A stretch of DNA of 59,670 bases, filler included, from Globobulimina sp. (lineage: Eukaryota): NCBI GenBank assembly GCA_003354225.1. It is 12 parts of 12 records of this genome, joined end to end, with 100 filler letters (N's around TTAATTAATTAA, not from the genome) between each part and the next. Parts side by side here need not be neighbours in the genome. Positions count along the whole stretch, not along the records: positions 49,824 to 54,698 come from PIVH01000877.1; positions 54,799 to 59,670 come from PIVH01000878.1; 10 more parts are not named here. One strand, written 5' to 3'. Below are positions 50,251-59,670 of this stretch, piece after piece. A program made the translations under genes and the position numbers. The notes beneath the pieces were generated by a model. That model made no database searches and was not told the DNA's origin. It saw only the letters and a list, made by a program, of their open reading frames with translations. Positions within the stretch are counted from its first letter, which is position 1; each line of letters begins with the position of its first letter.

Positions 50251-53200
50251 ATGGGTAGAAGTGATGGATTATCAACAAAAGTTACATATGGATCACAAAT
50301 AAGGACAAAACAATGCTTTACGTGTGGTAGAGAAAATAATGAAACTGTAAATATTAACGGTGCTAATATATCAGTCAAATTGCATTCAATTACAGCTGAA
50401 AAAGCTGCATATTTATGGTTTAAAAAAAGGGTTTCGTTACACCCAAAAAGAGATAAGATTTGTAGTTTATGTACTGACAAATCATTGGAACAACTGATAA
50501 TTATACCGGATAATATATGGGAGCGCAACACCACTAATTCCTCCGTCGCAGATGATAATCAAAATCGAATAATTCAAAATTTGATTGGTTTATTTTGTAG
50601 TGCATGGTATCGTTTATTATTAAAAGAAAGCTTTGAAATCTTATTAAATAAATCAAGGCGCAAATTGGATACAGACAATGGGAATATTACCAATGAAGAA
50701 TGTGAAATATTAACAAATGTTGATTTAGGTAAAATAGATTCTTTAGCAACATTTGCATTGGAAAACATTCAAAAACATTGTGATTTAAGTTATGATGAAA
50801 TTGTTAAAATAATTGATATTAATAAAAAAAATGATAAAAAGTTATTTGAATTTGTTGTAAATAATGATGATATTAAACAAGAAGAAAAACAATTGGATGT
50901 TGCTGAGAGTGAGGAAAGTGAAGAAGCGAAAATGGACATTTTGGAAGACAGTGATTGCATTGACTTGGATTTAAATGTTGATATATCAAACAATACCAAT
51001 AACAACATTTTACATTCAAATCCCCGAAATCATAACAGAAATTCCAACTGGAATTTCAACCCAAATCCCAACATAAACTCCGACCCAAATCCCAACATAA
51101 ACTCCCACACAAATCCCAACATAAATTCCCACCGAAATCACAACATAAACTCCCACCCAAATCCCAACATAAACTCCGACAGAAATCCCAACATAAACTC
51201 CCGCCCAAATCCCAACATAAACTCCGACCGAAATTCCGACATAAATTCCCACGCAAATCCCAACATAAATACGCAGCTAAATCACAACTTTAATATTCAC
51301 CCAAACTCCAACATAAATAACCTCCTAAATCCAAACTTAAATAGCCACCCAAATCACAATTATCGCAGAAATTCCAACACGAATTCCAACATAAATAACC
51401 CTCAGAATCCCAACATAAATACCCGCCCAAATCCCAACATAAATAACCATCGGAATTCCGACATAAATTCCAACGCAAATCCCAACTTAAATAACAACAC
51501 AAATCCCATCTTAAATACTCATGAAAATCTCAATATAAATACTCTCCCAAATCTCAACATAAATTTCAACGAAAATCATAACCCAAATCTCAACATAAAT
51601 TCCAACTCAAATGCCAACATAAATAGCCATATAAATATCAACATAGATAACTATCCAAATATCAACATAAATCCCAACACAAATTCTGACCCAAATCCCA
51701 ACTTAAATAACAGCCCAATTACGAACAGCAGCAATTTAAATGCTGAAGATGATGACAAAGATGAACAAAAAGAAACTGCCATTGACGCTTATGCTAAAAA
51801 AAGATTAAAAAAAAATCTATTTTTTTTTTTAGTCAAAAGCAAAATCAGAACGGCGAATGAAATATTAGGTGTTTATCATGGATATTCAGAAAAGGCGATA
51901 CGAAGACATTTTCACAGAGCACGTGTTATATTGTGGACATTTGTAACTCCATATTGGTTAGGTATCAATCATTTAACACGAGAGGCTTTATTAGCAAAAC
52001 AATCAGATTGGGCAAATTTAATTAATATTTTAACAGGAAAAAATTATATATTATTTGGTGATGGTATGAAAATAAGACAACATAGATTTACAGGAAATTT
52101 TGATCACAACTATAACAGTTATGATCCAGGTAAACATTATAACACTCGTGGTTTTATGGGTTTATGCACAACCACTGGATATTGCATTGATTTAATTGGT
52201 GGTTTGTGTACAAATGGCTCGCATGGTGATAGTCATGTTTGGAATTGGATAATACGTACTAATCATAATAATATTAATTCAAAATTAAATATAAATGAGG
52301 ATTTATTAGGTTTTGACAGAGGTTGGAAATTTATGATGGCACATTCACCGTATTGGATGTTATTGCCAACTCTGTCAAAAAAAAAACCAGTTGACGCATT
52401 TTTAATTAATTGCTCACGACTACATACAAATAATCGATGGATAAATGAGGCATTATATGCCCAATGGAAAAATTCTTGGGATGTATTCCGCTCAGTAATA
52501 TTACATTGTCATCGAATGTATATAAATTCATGGTTAAAAAATATTGCTGCTGTACATAATTTCATTAAACCTGATGGATTTGTAAATGATCATGATGAAA
52601 ATGATAAATTTATGAATTATTTCAAATATAAAATTAAAACTGAATTTTATCAAAATCATATTCAAGATATTGTTATTGAATTAGAATCAATGCATAATAT
52701 GATATACAGACAACCAACTGATGATGAAATATGGCACGAGGTAGATGCATGGGAATTACCACGAATTGTTCCAGGTTTTAGTCATTTTCGACACTTAGAA
52801 AATGAAGAAATAAAAATATATTCAGGTGGTCAGTATGGATATGAACAAAGGATTGGATATATTGCACATAATAATGCTGGCAATATCAGATTATATGTCC
52901 ATGGTGCACAGATAAAATATCTGCAATGGTTAGAGTTAAATGATATATTAGATCGAAAAATGCGTGTAGCTGAGCGAAATGATGATACCGAAGCCATACA
53001 ACAATTATTAGAAGAACGTGATAGAATCGATGAGGAGTCTGCATTGACCTGGAAATGGAAATATATTGTGGTCAAAGTGGCAGGCATTAACTCAAGGCAT
53101 ACCCGCAGCAACAATCCAAAAACCATCTATTGCAATTACTGGGCTTTTGATAATACTGGTTATTATAAAGAACAACTTGCAGACCAGTTACAAGTAACTC

Positions 53201-53754
53201 ATCATATATTAAACAACAATATCAACAATAATTCCAACAATAATTCCGACACTAATTCCGACACTAATTCCGACACTATTTCCAACAACCAACGACATTC
53301 ACACAACAGCAACTCGAATAATAATAATTTAGTGGATGATATACAATCTGATGTTGATATTAATATGAATGATGATGTTGTATTGGATTTACCTGTGGAT
53401 GAATTTGAATTTGATGAAAATAGCATTGAATATCAAAAATTGGTTGAAATACAGGAGTTTCAACTCAGGAAATTATTCACAAAAACTAATATTAATGCTT
53501 TGGAATATAATGATAATATTATTCCGACACGAATTAAATTTATTAAAAGCTATTGCGATCCTTGTTCTCATGGAGCAAGGACTATTGGATGCTGTGCACA
53601 TCGAACTATGTCACTTGAATTAATACGTGATGCTTTACTTGGACATGATCAGTTTACTCCGCATAAAATATCCAAAAAACAAGGTGATATTTTAATAAAT
53701 ATAGAAAAAAAACATCAGTTCACCAAAACACGACCAGGTCGTTGGTGGCAATAA
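50251..53754 (+). CDS. DDE transposase (DDE_Tnp_4-like) with N-terminal Cys motifs, Asn/Pro repeat insert and C-terminal SWIM-like finger
   Basis: FGDG, GKHYN, GDSH, FDRGW, SRLHTNNRWINE core; C-terminal YCDPCSHGARTIGCCAH. Confidence 0.82.
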   Translation: MGRSDGLSTKVTYGSQIRTKQCFTCGRENNETVNINGANISVKLHSITAEKAAYLWFKKRVSLHPKRDKICSLCTDKSLEQLIIIPDNIWERNTTNSSVADDNQNRIIQNLIGLFCSAWYRLLLKESFEILLNKSRRKLDTDNGNITNEECEILTNVDLGKIDSLATFALENIQKHCDLSYDEIVKIIDINKKNDKKLFEFVVNNDDIKQEEKQLDVAESEESEEAKMDILEDSDCIDLDLNVDISNNTNNNILHSNPRNHNRNSNWNFNPNPNINSDPNPNINSHTNPNINSHRNHNINSHPNPNINSDRNPNINSRPNPNINSDRNSDINSHANPNINTQLNHNFNIHPNSNINNLLNPNLNSHPNHNYRRNSNTNSNINNPQNPNINTRPNPNINNHRNSDINSNANPNLNNNTNPILNTHENLNINTLPNLNINFNENHNPNLNINSNSNANINSHININIDNYPNININPNTNSDPNPNLNNSPITNSSNLNAEDDDKDEQKETAIDAYAKKRLKKNLFFFLVKSKIRTANEILGVYHGYSEKAIRRHFHRARVILWTFVTPYWLGINHLTREALLAKQSDWANLINILTGKNYILFGDGMKIRQHRFTGNFDHNYNSYDPGKHYNTRGFMGLCTTTGYCIDLIGGLCTNGSHGDSHVWNWIIRTNHNNINSKLNINEDLLGFDRGWKFMMAHSPYWMLLPTLSKKKPVDAFLINCSRLHTNNRWINEALYAQWKNSWDVFRSVILHCHRMYINSWLKNIAAVHNFIKPDGFVNDHDENDKFMNYFKYKIKTEFYQNHIQDIVIELESMHNMIYRQPTDDEIWHEVDAWELPRIVPGFSHFRHLENEEIKIYSGGQYGYEQRIGYIAHNNAGNIRLYVHGAQIKYLQWLELNDILDRKMRVAERNDDTEAIQQLLEERDRIDEESALTWKWKYIVVKVAGINSRHTRSNNPKTIYCNYWAFDNTGYYKEQLADQLQVTHHILNNNINNNSNNNSDTNSDTNSDTISNNQRHSHNSNSNNNNLVDDIQSDVDINMNDDVVLDLPVDEFEFDENSIEYQKLVEIQEFQLRKLFTKTNINALEYNDNIIPTRIKFIKSYCDPCSHGARTIGCCAHRTMSLELIRDALLGHDQFTPHKISKKQGDILINIEKKHQFTKTRPGRWWQ
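51061..51710 (+). repeat. Degenerate 24-bp coding minisatellite (NPNINSxx)
   Basis: Repeated AATCCCAACATAAACTCC-like units in frame within the transposase. Confidence 0.9.
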
Positions 53755-54820
53755 TATTTTTCATATTTATTTTATTTAATTATCATCATAAATATCATAT
53801 TATTAATATATTAATTATATCTATATATATTATATTCAAATTATATCTATTGTATATATGTTGTGTTTGTGTTTAGGTATTAACAATTTCATAAACAATG
53901 TTTGTATATCAGTTTAATATCACTCAGTAATATATTATCATCAAAAAGTTACTTTACTCATTCTAGCAAAGACAACAACATCGTTCAGTTTTAGTTATTG
54001 ATTCTATAAACATAAAAATAATTCAATATCAAACCAATAATAAAAAAAAGTAATACAATATGATAATAAATACATTGTATTTATATCGCTCCATGTTTTG
54101 TATCAATATCTCGTGCAATATCTGCATAATATTCAGTATAATATACATATTAAATTCTATATAATGTTATTGTATTATTTGTAGGTAAATATGTTGGATT
54201 ATTTGTGTGAAAAATTGTAGGAATAAAGCTTTGAATATTAAAATATAATAAAAATAAATATTTGAATATATGTTGGATTATTTGTGGGTTACTTTCTATT
54301 ATATGTTGATATATTGTTGGATTGGATGGTATCAAATTAGTATTATATAATTCTACTCCATCAATATATTACAGTACTTTGCAATGCCATTAAATCATTA
54401 CCTCTGATACTATACAGACATTGTTTCACTCCATAATGTAATGACTGCTGAATAACCAATTTAAGTCGCCACAAATAAGACAATTTGCAAATCCAGCTTC
54501 TGTGTATTTTGTTTCAATATCAAATCAATAAACGTTTCTTAAAGCAAAGACAAACATGGTCGGGTGACTGAAGTTAACCGACATTACGGACTGTTTTTAG
54601 GTTTGTTAAACCGGTAACGATAGTTGTACACAATTCTAAAGTGGTAGAAACATTACTGGGAAACAATGTTTTCGAGACGACTAAAATTTTGGTACACANN
54701 NNNNNNNNNNNNNNNNNNNNNNNNNNNNNNNNNNNNNNNNNNTTAATTAATTAANNNNNNNNNNNNNNNNNNNNNNNNNNNNNNNNNNNNNNNNNNNNTG
54801 ACAACATTAGCAATGGAACA

Positions 54821-57308
54821 ATGCAGAATACTCGAATTTTTAAGCATCAATCTAAAATGTGTCATTCTGCGGATGATTGTGATGTTGTGACTAAAATAAT
54901 GCATGCAATGAAGTACTATCGAGATCGAGTTCGACAATTTGATAAGCAGTCATTAATCATATTTTGCAAAGAGACATATGAATCATTACTTGATGATTAC
55001 ATCCATGTTATCGTGCAGCACGGTAAAGATATAGAAAGTATTTATGATAAAATGGTATCATTAAATATTTCAAATTGTTCTTTCAAGAATTGCCTCTCTG
55101 CAATTCGTCATAATAGAGATAGAAACAAAGACAATGAAAAGGAAAGGGATCAAGATCTAGACTTTATTTTTTATCGCGATGTCATGGATTCCTGTCATTA
55201 CTATTTATACCATCTCTACGACGCTGGATTGAGAATAAAACTCCAAGATATTCAATATGATGAACATAAGTCAAACGATGAACATTTTGATAAGGTCTTT
55301 GCTCGAATTTACAAAGCGGTAAATGAGAGAAAAACAGCACTTTCGAAATTATCGCGATTCAGCTTTATTAGATATGAGAAGAATAAATTCTCCCTTACCA
55401 CTACCACTGCAAATATAACTTTTCTCGATGGATTATATCAATATTTGACACACAAACACATTGCATATGATACAATCTTGGCGATACAAACTGTTTTGAC
55501 TCAAAAAGACTATGATTCTGATGCGTTAAAAGTAGATATTGATACAAATATAAATGAGTCTAGCATTGGACAAATGTTACAACTGCAATCCTGTGACTCT
55601 GTGTTTTATCTAATCCAAAAATACGCGCACATTTGCAAACGTTATGTTTCCTGTTTTACTTTTTTGTGTTGAAATATATGATAATATGCGTGATGAAACA
55701 GTCAGCGATTTTTCGTTTAAAATTGGATACAGATTTTATTATTGGGACTTCTACAAAACAAAAAACGAAAGGTTTCAACAAACGCAGTATCACGATAATA
55801 TAAATCCGCATTCAGGACATGAACCTTATGAATTGTACATAGCACAAAAATATGACTCCCTCAAAGAAGAAATATTGAACAACGCAACTTTTGCATTAGC
55901 TACTTATCAGTTCAATATTTCTGTGGCAAAGGCCTGTAAATATATGTTTACAAAAGCAGCCAAATCAATCAGAGCGCTTCATTCCAATGTGGTATTCACG
56001 GATGATTTGCATTATAACATAATATGCGGCACTCCAATCACTGTTGAACATTTATTGAGCATTCTTTTATATACGGATTGGAATGAATTATCATATGAAT
56101 TCTCAAAATCGTTTCGAAAAATTCATCATTTCGAGTCATTATCAATGATAAAAGCTAGAAATAGAGAGTATGCGCATTGGTCCAAAGCTCTTCGAGAGAC
56201 AGTGGAGTATTTTGGGACTGGAGGATGGATTTACAAACAGGGAGTGACTGACGACGAGAATATACGCGCTGGAAGGCACCGCGGACCATTCTTTTGCGGA
56301 TTGTCATTTGTTATGGTCATACCACAGTTTAATATGAGGGTTAATGCGCCAACATCCACTACGAAAGTGATCGAAGTTGCCACTTATTTTGCCGGCGATA
56401 AAGGAATGATTATCCAGTTGAATAATAATGGTCATATACAAAGTTATGGTTTAAAGTCTTGGAATTGTTCTTGGTTAAGGTACACCTCTTTGTTTTATAA
56501 TGATAAACATCTGAAATGCATTAAATTTAGTAATTATAATGGAGAGGATGAACGGTTATGGATTGGAGGTGAATGGTGTATGAAATTAGAAACAGTTAAG
56601 TTTATTGTCAGTAAGAGAAACTATAGTAAGTATTTTAAGGCGTTATTTTATTTCGATTGTATGATTACTGGAGTTGTTATGATTGAAGTGCTGGATATTA
56701 ATGATAGAGAAAAGGAGCTATTGTCCGATTTGATTAAACATAAATTAGGAGAGATTCAGGACATTTATCCAAAATATATATATGACACATTTGATGCATT
56801 TGCAAATAGTAAGCATCAAATTGTGCTCAATATACCATTGATTCAAGAACATTTTGAGAATTATCAAGAGTTGCTGTTTTATAATCATGTCACAACTGAT
56901 TTTCGCAATTTGTTTAAAATAGAGGTGTTTGGATTATTTGAAAATGTTGAAAGCATTGTGTTACATACAACCTGTTATGATAAACATGGAGAATATCATG
57001 AGTATCCAATTGATATTTTGTCATTGTTATTAGTAATGAGTAAGAAAGCTAATATAAGAGTTACATTGAGAGCAGAGCATCGTTATAAAGTGATTGCAAA
57101 CAAATATGGCATTATTGATAAATATCTGGATATTGCAAAAAAATATGATTGTTGGTTATCAAAAGTAGGGCATGAGACTTGGAGAGTATTAGTGACTTCT
57201 AAATTACCTGAGATCGAAGATTATTCTTTTTCTTTCTGCACGAACCAAATGAGTTATTCTGGTGGACCATACAAAGAAGATTGTTTCATAATTTCTAAGA
57301 TTCGATGA
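54821..57308 (+). CDS. Large protein with R-S-E-clade ADP-ribosyltransferase-like domain (predicted introns 55641-55701 and 56480-56530)
   Basis: ILLYTD helix, FFCG (in place of YRG), APTSTT, VATYFA, WLSNYNGEDERL after splicing. Confidence 0.65.
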
Positions 57309-57472
57309 TTAAATTAATAATTAATTTAGTATTCTACAATCATTAAGTCACGAAATCAAGTTATCTTGCTAAATACTATTGCACTAAGGCTGATTTGCGT
57401 TGATATGCAGAATCCATTTAATATTCTTAGTTCGCTGTTTGTTTTTTCTTACATCATTTAATAGTCACTACA

Positions 57473-59398
57473 ATGATTCAGTTGCTCAAGGACCGTGAAA
57501 GGCAACTTGTTAAAGAGAGAGATAATTTGTTGGTCGCCCTGGAATTAAAATACATGCATTATATTCATGGATTGTTGCAGCAAAAATTAACAGTCGCGAA
57601 CAACATTAGAGCCCAATATAATAAATGGATAAATGACAACAGTGAGTTGATTTATACCACCATTAATAATCAATTCAATGTCTCTACCAACGCATTAATG
57701 TGCACCATCATTAGCTCCATTAATTCGCCACAACCATCAATTGCAGATATTCCATCGACAAAAAAAGAAGAAATTGCAGTTGAGTTAAATGATATCGATT
57801 ATGATCAACCATTCATACCACATATGTCTACGGAGGAAGTAAACCAATTATCAGTCAACGATAATATTGATCACAGAGATGTGGTTCAACAAAGTTTACC
57901 TGCGACCATTGTAAACGTTGATAAACAAGGCACAAATTTCAAAATTCATTATCTTGGTTGGGATCAGGAATGGGACATTTGGAGTGATACAAAAAATGAA
58001 TTATACAAATTTGCAAAATACAAATCAATTTCACACCGGCCACAACATCGATTATTTGCTTTAAAAGTAGGCGACTTAGTCGATATAAATCCAATCAAAC
58101 ACAAAGGCTGGAAAATCGGTAAAATTCTTGAAATTGATGAACATTCCGGACAAATAAAACTGTCGTATAATTTAGTAGATGATCTGGCTTATTTTTATTA
58201 CTGTTGGGCTCATATTGATAACAGAAATGAGCTCGAAGCATTACATACATTCACTCCTCGATATGATTGCGTATTTTGTACATTATCGTTTAAAACCTAT
58301 GCTATGCTACGGAGTCATGTCGAAACTGTGCATGCAAAGAGCGACCCTCAACGGAAATATATTTGCAAATATTGTCCGGAGGCTTTTGCCAGTATAAAAG
58401 GTGCGGGGACGCATGAAAAACAACATGTACATAAAGGGACATTTAAATGTACTCTTTGTCCCAAATTATTTGAATGTAACACTTCATTTAAACTTAAAAC
58501 CCATTTAACTTGGCATTATCAGCGGGTTCATAAAATTGAGAATAATAAAAAGAGTGTTTGTGGCAATAAACGAAAGAATCTGATCACAAACATACCAAAA
58601 GCAAAAAAACAGAAAGTAATTAGTGTTCGAAATAAATCAAAGGTGTCAGTTAGTTTTGAAGATAGTTATTATATATCTGTACATTGCCATATTTGTAACA
58701 AACATTTTAATGATTTTGATAAATATGGCAGTCATTTAAGGCGACATTACGATAATGAGAATGATAGAGGTAAAACATGGAAGCATTGTGATTTAGGATG
58801 TAAAATAAATAAAAATCACCCAATCAAAACAGCAAAATATACGGGAATATATCCAAGCAAAATGGCATTTATTCAACATATTGCATCGCATACTTCTGAT
58901 CGAGCATTTCGATGTAATGTTGACCAGTGTCAAAGTAAAACATCTACGAAAAGCGCCCATGAAAAGCATTGGCAAAGACATCATAGCATTCAATTACAAA
59001 ATGAAGAAAATGGAAAGAGTATTAATGCGCCGTTATGCTACGAACATGCCAAGAAAATGAGTGTGAACCAATTAAGGGATGAAATGAAGAAACGAGGACT
59101 TGATGTTACAGGACATAAGAAAACACTGTTAAATAGAATATCATCCATGCAACGGACAGTAATGTCGACACCGAAATCATTCACATCAAGATCTACCACA
59201 AATGGTGGAGAGAATTGTTCCATTGTTCCATCATTGTACAATATGCCCATTATACCTCTGATTAACGCATTGCAAAGTAATGGATATGATAAAGTTTATA
59301 ATGTCAGCTCGCAAATGAATAATCAGCAAAATATATCAACCGAGATTCAGACCCAAAATGATGGAAATTTATTGTCTGTATTGCCTTCCTTGAAATAG
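57473..59398 (+). CDS. C2H2 zinc-finger protein with N-terminal helical domain, Tudor/chromo-barrel-like domain and SAP domain
   Basis: IHYLGWDQEWDIW; about 6 C2H2 fingers; MSVNQLRDEMKKRGLDVTGHKKTLLNRI (SAP). Confidence 0.88.
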   Translation: MIQLLKDRERQLVKERDNLLVALELKYMHYIHGLLQQKLTVANNIRAQYNKWINDNSELIYTTINNQFNVSTNALMCTIISSINSPQPSIADIPSTKKEEIAVELNDIDYDQPFIPHMSTEEVNQLSVNDNIDHRDVVQQSLPATIVNVDKQGTNFKIHYLGWDQEWDIWSDTKNELYKFAKYKSISHRPQHRLFALKVGDLVDINPIKHKGWKIGKILEIDEHSGQIKLSYNLVDDLAYFYYCWAHIDNRNELEALHTFTPRYDCVFCTLSFKTYAMLRSHVETVHAKSDPQRKYICKYCPEAFASIKGAGTHEKQHVHKGTFKCTLCPKLFECNTSFKLKTHLTWHYQRVHKIENNKKSVCGNKRKNLITNIPKAKKQKVISVRNKSKVSVSFEDSYYISVHCHICNKHFNDFDKYGSHLRRHYDNENDRGKTWKHCDLGCKINKNHPIKTAKYTGIYPSKMAFIQHIASHTSDRAFRCNVDQCQSKTSTKSAHEKHWQRHHSIQLQNEENGKSINAPLCYEHAKKMSVNQLRDEMKKRGLDVTGHKKTLLNRISSMQRTVMSTPKSFTSRSTTNGGENCSIVPSLYNMPIIPLINALQSNGYDKVYNVSSQMNNQQNISTEIQTQNDGNLLSVLPSLK

Positions 59399-59670
59399 GA
59401 ATATAATTATATTAAAATTCTGAAATCAGCTCAAAATAATTATATTACAAATCAACGTATATTTATTTTTGTAATAAGTTATAACTCAAAATAAATTAAA
59501 TAATCACATTACAATTTGCAGCTCTACAAACTAAATAATCATGTTACAAATTCACTGTTCATTGTTCATTGTGGATCACTGTGTGCATAATTATAGCATG
59601 TATGCATGCGGGAATATTAATGTGTGCACAATGTAATTTGATGAATACGTGAATATTTGTGATTCTATTG

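Larger units (their letters stand above)
50183..54567 (+). mobile_element. Full-length DNA transposon, IS5/PIF-Harbinger/ISL2EU-related
   Basis: Perfect 43-bp TIRs (TCACCCGACCATGTTTGTCTTTGCTTTAAGAAACGTTTATTGA at 50183-50225; reverse complement at 54525-54567) around one long transposase ORF. Confidence 0.9.

Noticed and set aside
51061-51710. CRISPR-like array
   Set aside because: Units are degenerate 24-bp in-frame coding repeats with no unique spacers and no cas genes.
4889-54798. Regularly spaced TTAATTAATTAA palindromes as a biological repeat or array
   Set aside because: They sit inside N-runs of fixed length and are concatenation linkers.

Overview
This window is not one locus. It is 12 unrelated contigs of about 4.87-4.89 kb, sorted by decreasing length and joined by 100-nt linkers (44 N + TTAATTAATTAA + 44 N), so gene neighbourhood only means something within a contig. 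The DNA is AT-rich, gene-dense and eukaryotic, with short (about 50-110 nt) GT-AG introns. The gene families suggest a protist, possibly a foraminiferan/rhizarian (inference only). Recognisable genes include NMNAT, CWC22, mitochondrial EF-Tu, QCR9, a TBC-rhodanese protein, a WGR/BRCT PARP, a sulfatase, a sulfotransferase, an M14 carboxypeptidase, gelsolin, a FABP and an amino-acid transporter. The most notable items are: (1) a ZAP/PARP12-like gene with PB1-RGG-WWE/cold-shock-CCCH-PARP architecture and a Y-Y-I triad; (2) a complete 4.4-kb DDE transposon with perfect 43-bp TIRs, next to a truncated ART gene; (3) an ORF of at least 1628 codons, missed by the ORF track, with two XK-like membrane modules flanking ankyrin-like repeats; (4) an N-terminal helical domain shared by two C2H2 zinc-finger genes; (5) a SOCS/VHL-box-like N-terminal motif on an atypical Rab and on a SPRY protein; (6) a ZP-module-like membrane protein; (7) a cystatin plus Cys/Trp-repeat membrane protein; (8) a nested-hairpin MITE-like element; (9) a bacterial-looking multiheme cytochrome fragment at a contig end. 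All family calls come from motifs recognised by eye; no searches were run.
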